In this document: piece after piece, positions 24,101 to 36,100 of the stretch
How positions within the stretch are numbered: position 1 is the first letter of the stretch
How the letters are laid out: each line of letters starts with the position of its first letter
From: Marsupella aquatica
Taxonomy: Eukaryota; Plantae; Marchantiophyta
Length of the DNA: 64,000 nt
NCBI GenBank assembly: GCA_973895155.1
Contig: OZ316894.1
Coordinates: forward strand, 14,996,699 to 15,060,698
Direction of reading: 5' to 3'
The notes under the pieces: generated by a model
Databases searched by the model: none
The model's input: the letters and a program-made list of their open reading frames with translations, nothing else
Told to the model about the DNA's origin: nothing
Translations under genes and position numbers: made by a program

Positions 24101-27100
24101 AGGTTAGACATCAATTTCCTAGCCTCGTACATATTTTTTGGAATTGAATTACCATCTGGTAACACATTTCGGCGCAGGAAGGTCAACAACTCTGTCACAA
24201 ATATATTGGGAACATTGTGATTGCCACAGATGTTCAACAACAACACGACAAAACCCAGCTTGGAGCAGTTCGACCCCTCGTAGATAGGAATGCAAGCTTC
24301 TTTGATGTGTTTTGGGCCCCCAAACACCCACTCCCTCTCTGCTGCACCTTCCCCAATGTCAAAGTCAGGTTGAGCTTGGCCGTCGCCAATGTGTGGCTGC
24401 GGTTCATTGTCCTCTTCTGATTCCACTGTGTCGTAAAAAGCATCAAGGTCTTCAAAAATCTCTTGAACCATTCTTGGGACATCCATCCCACCGTCCTCAG
24501 TGATTGCCTCTGCATCTCCATCTTGGTCATCCACGTTCTCATGTTGGACCCCAGGACCATCCTCTGCACAGTCTATGTCCTGCTCTACGTAGTCTCTACG
24601 CCTAGCTGTATTAGAATCCACAAAGTCAGCTCTCCACTCTTCATCAGAGGAGTCTTCTTCTGCTGGTACATTCCAAACCCTCCACCGAGGGTGCCTTTCA
24701 TGCCGCAGCAGGTGAAGGTGCACAGTGTTCAAACTCAACGACTTGAATCCTTGGCTGTCGTATAGTGCTAAGTATCAAAAGTGACTCTCCTCACCTAAAA
24801 CCAGGGTTTCGATCCCTTTAAGAACAGATTTCAGAATGAATTGTATAACTTTTATCACTCCGAGTGATTTAGAGTCTTGAGCTCTATGTTGACTTCACTT
24901 CTCAATAAAAAAATCGAATAAACAAACAACAAAGTAACTGAACTTCTGATTTATGAATTAGAGAAGAAATGAGTAAGGATTTAGAGACTACAAGCTGCTA
25001 CTGCCACTCCTTCAGAAAGGATTTGGGCTCAGTATAGACATGAAATCTATCTCATAATTCATCCATCTCACTCTTCAAAACACAAAGGTTAATGATAATG
25101 GAATTCTCAATCTGATGAAGCAGAAGCTTTCTGATTGCAAATGAATGATATGATTTAAAATGCCGTCAACATGGTTTGACATCAGCGATACGCAATTCAG
25201 TCAAACTCTAAACCATATTCCAGAATCAAAGCAACAGTACTAACTACTCTGAGAATCAGAATTTACTTCTCATTTATCATTAACTATTCTTGAATTGGCT
25301 AGCGAATCCCGACTCTGCAAGCAAGCCTAGCAGTGAATTCAATACGAGTTTCAGAAATCTGCAACTGAATTCAATCACCACAGGAATCTCTTGAATTCAA
25401 TCTTAACTTCAATCAATATAGCTTTACTTCCATACAAAACACTCACAGCATGCCTTGTTACAATGGAAGGAGGAGAAAACTATTCAGAAGACTCAATTCT
25501 GAATACAGTATTAACTCTATTTCTCTCTACTTCAAATGAGCATTCTACTCTGTCTTATAAGTGCTGGAATCCTAAAATGGAGGAGGTAAGAACAGTCGTG
25601 CCTTTCCAAGCTTAAAACTAAACAAGGGAGAAGCACAGCATAAGTACTTCAACAAGGGTGGTAGAATACTACTTTACTAGTAATCTACTTCAAAAACTAA
25701 GTGTTGAGCGGACGCTGCTAGAAGCGTCGGGAGAATCTGGACGCTGCTAGAAGCGTCTTAAGTAAAACCAACGGACGCTGCTCACACTGCTCACAGCGTC
25801 AATACTAGGGTGGACGCTGCTCACAGCGTCGTGTGTTGAAGCTGACGCTTTCCACAGCGTCGGTCGAAATCCTCATAGAGTCTTGGTGGCGGTCGGGCAC
25901 TGCCAAAAGCGTCATGAGGAGGTTGGACGCTTCCGCAGCGTCTTGAGTAAAAGAAACGGGCGCTGGTCACAGCGTCGGGCAAAGTACACTAGGAATCGTC
26001 AGGAAAGCCGGAGATGTCAAATATTTCTATAAGTGTCCAGAACAAGTAAATGTTGGCCGGAAGGTGTCTAAAGTGTAAGTAAATCTTGTGATATGCTAAA
26101 AATAAACAAGTTTCCAGAAAAAATTGCAGGGACACCCATACCACATAGCCCTCCACTTAAATTTCGCCGTGTCCCCACAAGACATGACCGAATTGAATCA
26201 GAAGCGAGTGACATGTTCTTCATTAATAATATTCTGGCTTAATAATCCAAGTAGTGCTCAAAATCATTGACGGGAGTTGGGAGATATCCGAATCCAGAAT
26301 ATAAAAATCGAGGTCATGGAATTCTTCTCCGATCTGTATTGGGACTCCTTTAACTCTTCCCCAAAGATTAATGATTCGTCCATCGATTGATATCTGAGCA
26401 GATATCGGTTGTACTTCTTGATGAACAAATTGCTGGCACAGTCTGTGGGAGAGGAAATTAATTCGAGAGCCTGGATCAATAACAAAGTGTTGAATAGCAT
26501 GTCCTCCCAGTTTGATCTTGCCTTCAAAGGAATGTTGGAAAGCACGGGGTAAAGAATTCCAACAATCCATAGTAGCTTTGATGTCCCACATGAGCAGATA
26601 AATATCAATTCGAAGGAGAAAGAAGGAAACAATTGCAGGATGCTGCAAAAGTAACGGCTTATATACATATAAATGACAACACCGTTTGATATCTCTCATA
26701 AATGGTGTCCTTCAAATCTGTGTCCTAGATAAAACACCTTGAATAATCACATCCGGATAAGAAGGAATAATAGGTAGGAACGCTAAACACCTAAGCGACT
26801 TGAACCCTTGGGAAGCCGGTAGCATACATTGTTTTGTAATCAACTGCTCCCTTAGCTTAACAAGCTTCTTCTCATATTTAATTGGAATAGCAAACCCACC
26901 AGGACAAACCCAAACATAGTATGGATAGGGCCATGGAATTTCCGGCACAAGGGGCGGAAATGGAGCTTGAGCTCGTCGAAGCATATACACCCAACACCAA
27001 ATTTCGAACTCCGAAAACTTATGTCGTCTGTCCTTATCAATGGGAGGAACCGCCTTCCCAGGTTCATATGTGCGAATCAAACTACGAATCCTCGGATGGG

Positions 27101-30100
27101 ATGTCATTGGCAAAATCTGCTGCTGCTGCAAAATGCTCTCCATCTCCAGATGTCGAAAAGCTACTCAAAAATGTTTCTTCTCCCACCTGTGAATTGAAGC
27201 CAAATTAGGGATAGGATTTCGGGGTGGCAAATCCACTGTATGCCGAAGTCGAGGAGGTACTCTGATAATGCGAGGGTCTTCGTCTTCTTCTCCATCACTT
27301 GGTGCTCCTATCCAACGGAAAATTACATCTGGCATAGCGGAAGGAATCACTGACTCCTTAACTGGTCGAATTGGCAATGTAACAGGAGACGAAGGAGCAG
27401 AAGGTTCGGGCTCCAGTGGTTCAAATTCTTCTCTTGCAACAGTAGCTGGTTGATCTGCAATGGGATGCATTGGTACTAAAACAGGAAGTTCTTCTTTAGA
27501 ATTATCGCTAGGTAAAGAGACTTCCTGGTTAGTTCGATCTGTCAAAAGTACAGGAAGGGGTAGCTCGTCTGTTCCGATAGGTGCTTCTCCCTGTTCAAAA
27601 TCCTGGGAAGATGCTTCAGGAAAGATCTGTCGACTGATAGCATGGCGCAACCGTTTCCAAGATTTTCGAGTATACGTCACTGAAAACTCCTCCCGAATGT
27701 TTTTATCCTCGTTTGTAGCCAATGAAACTGGTGCTGAGCTGGTTGTCGAAGCGGGTGTCTCGGGTACCAATATGGGTACAGATATACCCATATTACCAGA
27801 TACCTGATTGCGACTCGGAAAACCAGCAGAGCCTCCTTCAATCAACTCATCTTCAGGAGAAACCCATTTTACAGGCGGAAATGAAGGAGCTCCTATCGCG
27901 GCTATTGCCTCATCTAATTCCTTAGTTATATCCAAAGGAATCGATATGAGTGAACCAGGTGTAGACCAGGCAGGGTATCTTGCGACAGATTGGGGAGAAG
28001 TCACTGGTTCACCTACTTCGTCTATATCCACAATTGCATCCTCCGAATCAACTTTAACCAGCTTCACAATTTCTGAGCTTAATATTTCTGACTCCTGGAC
28101 CAGAGGGATTTCACCTATATTTGGGCTAGAACTAAGAGAGTCGGACGAATCATACTCCTGTAAAGCCTGCAAAGCATCACTATTTGCCTCTATGGGAACC
28201 AAAACAGGGGTAGAAGTAAATCCATCATACTCGTCCTCAGCAGTAGAATGTTGAAGAGGTTCCCCTGAAAAACCTTCTTCATCCACCCTCACCTCATCTT
28301 CAACATTCATCCGAGAAGCAGAATTATCCTGATCAACATCATAAATAGGCTCGGCAGCACAAGGTGAACACGAGAGTCGAGGTGACATAGAATGCTCCAA
28401 CCCTGTTGGCATTGCTGAAGGAACATCTTCGGCAACTTGAGCCTCTCTTGGTTGGTGAAGAATCGGATCGTCACTCCCTTCAGCTGATGCTCTTGTCTCT
28501 TTCAATTTCCGAACTTCACCCACCAGTTCAGGTTCCTCACAGTCGAGTATTGCACATAGCTCTACCACTGTGGAATTGGCTCGGACTTCTCGTACTTCAG
28601 GCATATAATTTGCTTCACCGGTAGATGCTCTCTGATTGTTGCGATAAAAATCTTTTTCCAAGACAAGCAGACAGTCATACTTATGGTAAATGTGAGCTAA
28701 ATAAGGGGCCAAGTAGGTACACCTTATTTTCCCCGTTTTCAGCCTGCTACGAAAATTTTTGACCTGAGTATGAATTACTCGGTGCAAAACCTTCGTCCAA
28801 TTGATAGACTGCGTCTGTTCTAATGAACAGATCACCGTTGCAGCGAACGAAAGAGTGATGCGCGTCTGGCTTTCTGGGTAGAAAATTGGTGCCAGAAATC
28901 GAAATAGACGCTGCAGAGAATTATCTAAGCAGTCCGCCGCTAGCCATCCATTCCGCCTCTTGAAAGATCCTAGAGCGAAGAAGGATTCTACATAAACCCG
29001 AGGCTCACAATCAACCCTCTGTAAATCCTCGCCCTCCATCGGCGTCGAATAGACCTTCGCTATGAGCGCTTCAGTCCAAACACTGGGACGCGAGCGCACA
29101 CCAATCCTTTCTTCAGCGTCCCAGACACCTTGATCGATAAGGCTGAATTCGCAAATCTTCCAAGGAAGTTGAAGCAGCTTCTTCAAGCCCATTTTTGCCA
29201 GAGCCGTCTTCAACTGCCGCCTATGCACTGCATTCGATGGAATGTCTGCGAGTATTGGTCGCGTCGTCAGCTCAGTCTCCGCCATCGCGTGACTTGTTAG
29301 CTCCGTAAGCTCAGTGAGAATCGTGTTCCATAGTGAACTAGGGCGAAGCGCGACTGCTTACTCCTCAGCGTCCCGTTGAGCTGTCGCAATCCGCCATTGT
29401 ACAAGATGCCTAGTCATCGGCTCACAGCGTCTCATGCAACTGAACTAATACAAAAGCGGACCTCTGCACAACGTCCTTTGTAAACTAAGTGGACGCTTCC
29501 CCAGCGTCGAGTTACAATGGACGCTTTTCACAGCGTCCAATGTAAAAACTGAAAGTAACTAAAAAAATTAAAAAAATATGCCGAATACTTACTAGGGAGG
29601 GTCACTAATTCTAACTAAGTATAACTACCGCCCTCCACTTAAATTGCAACCTGTCCCAGGTGGAATTCTAAATGGAAGACTCATAGTACCGTTTAATCCT
29701 AAACCCATTGATTCTAGTGTTAAGTGGGTGACCATCTAAGGTAGTCAATGAAACTGAACCATTATCCCAGATGTGTGTAACTCGGTAAGGACCAATCCAA
29801 TGAGTATGAAGTTTCCCAGGAAATAGCATATAACGAGAATCAAAGACTAATGCTAAATCACCAACATCTAACTGCACTACGCGCAGCTTCTTATCATAAG
29901 CAAGTTTACGCTGGTTCTGAATGGTGACTGTATGGTCTAATGCTAAAAGTCTAACTTCTTCTAATTTAACAATATTGGAAAACCGATGTGAGAGACTATC
30001 TGAAGGAGAGAGTCGGTGTGGTACCAAGATACGTTCCGTTGGTAACGAAAATTCTATTGGAATAATACTATTCAGGCCATAGGTCAGATAGAAGGGGGTG

Positions 30101-33100
30101 TGAAGAGTTGTAATCTTCTCAGCGGTGCGGTAAGCCCATAATGCAGAATGGAGCTTCACATCCCAATCTGTCTTGTGAGATTCTACCATTTTATTCAGAA
30201 TCTTGCCCATAATGCCATTAGCTCTCTCGGTTAAGCCATTAGCTCGGGGGTTGTAAGGAGTAGTTTTGCGATGCTTGATAAGATAAAGGTCAGTGATTAA
30301 CTCAATAGTTGAGTTAAGAAAATGCAAACCCCTATCGCTTACCAACTCCAAAGGACAACCAAACCGGGTGATAATGTGCTCAAAGAGAAATGCAGCTGCG
30401 GTTATAGCATCATTCTTGCGAGTAGCTTTCGCCTCTACCCATTTGGTGGCATAATCAGTGGCCAGAATAATATATTTGCTTCGGCTTTTCCGAGCTGCTG
30501 GAGAAATTGGGCCAATAAAATCAATCCCCCATTTCTCAAATGGTGCCAACGGAAGGATAGGCGTAAGAGGCCATTTGGAACTAGCAGTGGGCTTCCCGAT
30601 CCTTTGACAGGGATCACAGGTCTTAATAAAATTGTAAGTATCTCGATGCATAGTAGGCCACCAGTATCCAGCATCCAAAATTTTCTTAACTGTGGTATTC
30701 ACAGCATAATGCCCACCGGTTTCTCCTGAATGTAAAGCTTCAATTACTTGGGGAAGTTCCCTATCCTCTAGACAACGTCGCAATTGTTGATCAGGACCTT
30801 GTTTAAACAAAGTGCCCCGAATAATGGTATAGGGACCCACCTTATGAGCAAAGACAGCTCGTTCTTCCGCATTAAAGCCTTCAGGGAACGTTCCATGAAG
30901 CAGCATGTGCACAATATTAAAATATCGAGAAGACTCCCCTTCAATGTGCCACAAATGCTCGTCAGGAAATTCATCGGAGAGATTATGCTGATTCTCCGGA
31001 CCAGGTAACCGAGATAGGAAGTCTGCATTCTCATGATGTTTGCCAGGTCGGACATGAACTTCATAATCAAATTCTTGGAGTAGTAAAACCCAGCGGGCTA
31101 CTCGTCCTGAGAGATCCACTTGGTTAACCAAATATTTTAAGGAATTATGATCAGTGTGAAAAGTAACCTGATACCCCAACAAATAGTGACGAAATTTCTT
31201 ACACGCAAAGACGATGGCCAAAGCTTCCCGTTCAGTGACGGAGTAGTTTTTCTCGGCTGCACTCATTTGGCGGCTGGCATAGTAAATTGGATGGTCACGG
31301 TTTTCCACATCCTTCTGACTGTGATTAGCTCCAATGCAGAACGCAGAAGAGTCAATGAAGACATGAAACTTCTTAGTCCAATCTGGGGGTGACAAAATAG
31401 GTGCAGAGATTAACCGATCCTTGAGCAACTGGAATGCTTGCTGCCGCTCCTCATTCCATGTATATTCCACATCACTTTTTAACAGTTGGGTTAAGGGTAA
31501 GGCAATATTAGCATGTTTATAAATGAACCGACGATAATACCCCACATGTCCCAGAAAAGCACGAAGCTGCTTTAAATCGGTCGGTGGTTGCAACTCCATA
31601 ATTACTCTAACCTTCTCTGTATCAACCTCAATGCCGCGTTGTGAAATAACATGGCCTAACAAAATTCCCTCCTTCATACCAATAAAGCACTTTTCTGGAT
31701 GAAGACACAACTGAGCCTCTCTACACTTCTGAAATGTCTTCTCCAAATGGACGAGGTGTTCAGCCGCTGACCCGTAAACACAAAAGTCGTCAATAAAAAT
31801 CTCCATGAAATGCCGCAAATATTCTTGAAAAATAATCATCATAATGCGCTGAAAAGTACCCGGGGCATTACACAGCCCAAAAGGCATCATGGTAAATGCA
31901 TATGTACCCCAGTCGGTGGTGAACGTAGTCTTGTCGCGATCCTCCTTCCGAATGGACACCTGGTTATAACCAGAGTACCCATCTAAAAAACTGTATAACT
32001 CATGCAAGGCCACTGAATCAAGTACCAGATCAATAAATGGCAAAGGATAATGATCTTTCCGAGTGGCAGCATTCAACTTCCGGAAGTCTTGACAAACGCG
32101 AATTTTCGTTTTACCATCGGGTCCCGGCTTTTTGGGGACAATGACAATTGGTGAGACCCATTCACTACTCAAGACCGGGTAGATAAATCCAGCAGTCGTG
32201 AGCTTGTCCAACTCGTCTTTAACCAGGATGGAATATTTGGGATTCAAACGGTACTGTCTCTGTCGGACAGGTACTGCTCCTTCCATAAGGTCAATACGAT
32301 GTTCGCCCAAATGTGGATGGATACCTTTTAAATCAGAATGACTCCAGGCAAAGACATCTTTATACTGGGTTAATAAACTGATATACTGTTCCCGTAGCTC
32401 TCCTTCGATATGCTTACCAATATTCAAAAACTTGCCTGGCTCAATTTCGATTTTCTGACAAGCTTTTGGATCCACAATTCCATCCGTGAGGTTTGCCGGC
32501 TGAAGTCCAAGTTTGGATACTTCTGGTGCAAATGGCTCAAGGGTAGCTGACACTCCCATATCATGGTGTAAATCCCTATTAGCCTCAGTATTAGGAGGTT
32601 CGTCTGCTGCTGGGCCCACTTCCGATGATGAAGTTAATTGTCAGGAGGGCCTAGTTGGTTTTATGGGAGCATCAGACAGATAAACTTCCAAGTAACGAAC
32701 TTCCTCCAGTTCAAATTCCAATGGCTGCAGGACTAGCGAAGAGGTCGAAAAATCCGAGGTGTACCCATCATCTGTTTGTGTTTCTCCAAAATGTGGTTCC
32801 GGAACCCAACTAACAGTCACCTTAGGCTTCCCAAATGAAAGCTCTTGAGATTGCCAATTAACCTGAACTTGAGCCTTATACAACCATGGTCGGCCTAACA
32901 AAACAGGAAAGCTGGATGGTATTTCCGGATTAATAACCACATAATCCAACAGAAAAGGGACACCAGCAATCAAAGTTTCTACTTTGGTCAGCTTCCCTAT
33001 GGGTACCACACGAGACTGATCCGCCATGCGCAAAATCTTGGGAGTGGGCTCAAACTTAGTGAAACCCAAATTAAATGCTGCTGACTGTGTAATCAGATTA

Positions 33101-36100
33101 ACGCTGGCTCCTCCATCCACAGGAACTCTCCGAATGACACACCCCTGGATTTGAACCTCAATTTCCATCGGTCCTTTGTCCTCCCACTCTGTTCGTAGCA
33201 CATCCACAGAAGGTAACTTCTTCTTCCTCCGTTTTCCTGCAAGGAGGCTCCTCAGCTGTCGCCTATAAACCGGATTGTCCTGTAATAATTCCCCAATGGT
33301 GATATGTGCAGGATGATTCTTGACATCTTCAACAATATCATAACCTGGATTTTTCAGTGGCTCTTTAGCTTTGACTACTACTGGTGGGTTAGGAGATTGC
33401 ACTTGCTCCTTAACTAGCTCTTCCAGATGGTCTTTCACTTCCAAAGAGATGTCGGGCAAGAAGTATTTTGGGTCATATCGGTCATAAGCAGGGTCGTCTT
33501 CTTTGTCGAGGCCTTCCTTACATGGCTTGCGCCCTTCATCCTTGGGAGCTTTCGCGACCTTCTGATGCTCGTGCTTCTTGGTCTCCTTTTTCTTCGAACG
33601 AGTAGTTGCGTAAATATTAGTCAGAACTTTATCCCGATTCTGAACTCGATCATTCGGCATACCAACTACTTCAGGTTTCACTAAATGACTTACCAAGACA
33701 TCAGGCACCACCCCGGATACTGGTTGATGAAAAAGTGAATCTGGCTTTAATTCCACCCGATTTACATCCATATGTTGAATGAAGCTGCATTGCTCCATCT
33801 CTTCAGAATAAACCATCCGAATCTTGGCTTCAGGTCGACTTGCTTCTTTAACTGGCTCTTGAGCAAATCGAACCATCAGCCTAGGCTTAGCCGGATTCGG
33901 GCATTCCACCGGTAAGTGTCCTTCTTTTCCACAGTTCCCACAGACAGGTGTATACCCCACCTCCTGTTTGGGATAAGGGCACTGGGGTGAATAATGATCA
34001 GGTTGGCCACAATTCCAACAAGCCCCTTTTTGACGCGGCATTCCTCGTGGTGGGTATCCTCCCGGGGGTCCCATGGGTGGTCTTGACGTTGGTTTATTGA
34101 AAGTGGGCTTAGGTGGTCCCCAAGTCGGTCTGGAAGCAGGAGGTGGTGGGAAATACTGTCCAGGGGGTGCTGTTTGGACGGTATACGTGGGATCGTACTC
34201 ATACTCCTCAGCCTCTTCTTGACCATCTACATAATTCACCGGGGTTCGTAATGTGGGGCACTCGTTCGGGTAATGGCCCTGCTGACTGCATCGGGTGCAC
34301 CATACGTTCATTCTCATGGGAGCAGGCAACCTTCGTACTGGTTTTACCGCGGCGATATTGACATTCAACTTGGACAATTGGCCAGAGAGTTCTTCCATCA
34401 TGCGATCCATCTTCTTCTGGTTGGGAACTTTATTATTCCCTTTTACAGAGGATTTCTTCTTTTTAGGAGCAACGGATTCTGAGTCGGAACTTGAGCTTGA
34501 ACTATCACTAGTGCTCGAATTTGTACTCTCGTCCTCCTCACTAGTGCTACTTTCACTTGATTCCGTCTCCGAGTCAGATTTAGACCTGGACGTTTTCTTC
34601 TTCTTTCTTTTGTCTTTCTTCAGGTCCTTCTTAACTCGTTTTCTCTCTGAAATCTCCGAGTCTACGTACTTCTGGGCTGCCTCTTGTACTTCTTCCAAAG
34701 TGGTGCCACCTTCTCGTCTCACGTAACGAGCAATCCTGGAGGGTAAACCGTTAATAAACCAGTCCTTGATAGTAGATTTCGAGGTAGCTGGATTATATTG
34801 ATCTACCAAATCCAATAATTTGTCGGCATATTTCCTCACAGACCCATGTTTCTTCATGTGCAGATGTGAGATTCGGGCAAAGGCACGCGCAGCTGCTCCT
34901 TCTTCTTTATATTTGGCCAAGAAAGCAGCCTTCAATTTCCCCCAATCCTGCTTGTCCGGAAAACGGTCATACCATTTCTGAGCACCCTTTTTCATTAGAC
35001 CACCAAACAGATTGGCTTTTTCAGCGTCTTGACTCTGTCCATTGGATGCAGCTGCAGCTTCAAATTCTTTCAAATACACCTCTGCATCCTCCTTGGAAGT
35101 ACCGAAGAACCGGTCGTACCTCACATTATTTCGAGCCATCGTGGTTGGAGCTAGGAGGGTAACGAAAGGAAGAGCTGATCGGGTAGCAAATGGGTTTGGG
35201 CTGCCCAAGCCTGAACTGCTGCTTGTCTCACTAGAAGACGAACCACCGGCTTCACTCAGTGGTTCTGGATTATCCAATTGTGAAAGATCGACAGAATTAT
35301 CCTGGGCCAGCGATTCTGCAACTGTATTCTCGGGCAAACCCAAATTTCTTCCTTCGGTATGAGATAAGGCCCTCTCAGTGGTACTATCCACACCAGAGTC
35401 AATTTGGTTCACCGAACGTACTGTCTGCTGGCGGAGCTTGGTCTTTTGAGAACCAATAAGTTTTGGACCTGAACGAAGATTTACAAACAGGGGTCGGGTC
35501 GACGTGGGCCTTTCCAAAGAGCCACTTGCCTCTTGAATAGATCCCACTTGTTTCCACACACTACCCGGTGCAGGTGCTCCTGGTGACTGGAATTCGGGTA
35601 ACAATGTGCGAGGGGTCACTACTAATTTTGCAGCATCCGAATTACTGGAGGTCTTGGTAGGTTTTCTTTTATTCGGTGGATCTCCCTCAGACATCCCTCA
35701 TTCTCCAAGCACGGGTGATTTTGAGACACCAGACCCGCTCCTCAGGAGTCTTTATGCAAGGAGTCACCATTTAGGTGCGACGTTATCACCCCACTCCGGG
35801 AGATATGAACCTGCTTCCTCAAAGTGACTTCCCGTAGCGTCGTTCAACATCCCTTGCATGATTCCTCCCCCTTGCTATCCCGTAGCTAATACTTCCCTTC
35901 AGTGACCAGCCGAGATTCTAAAACCTCGTTTTCTCTGGTGCGTCCTTCAGGTTGAGACGCGGAAAGGCACACCAGAAGCGTCGCGCACGTTGGTTCGTCA
36001 CAGATTCCACCGGACGCTGCTCACAGCGTCCACTGGGATCGGACGCTACTCGAAGCGTCCTGACTTGCGGAATCTTCTGGGACGAATCGCATTGGACGCT

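Noticed and set aside
25391-25615. 74-aa ORF duplicated at 37548-37772
   Set aside because: Duplicated only because it lies in the LTRs; non-ATG start, antisense, no motif.
27165-29285. Envelope (env) gene call
   Set aside because: It occupies the env-like position but shows no signal peptide or clear transmembrane segment.
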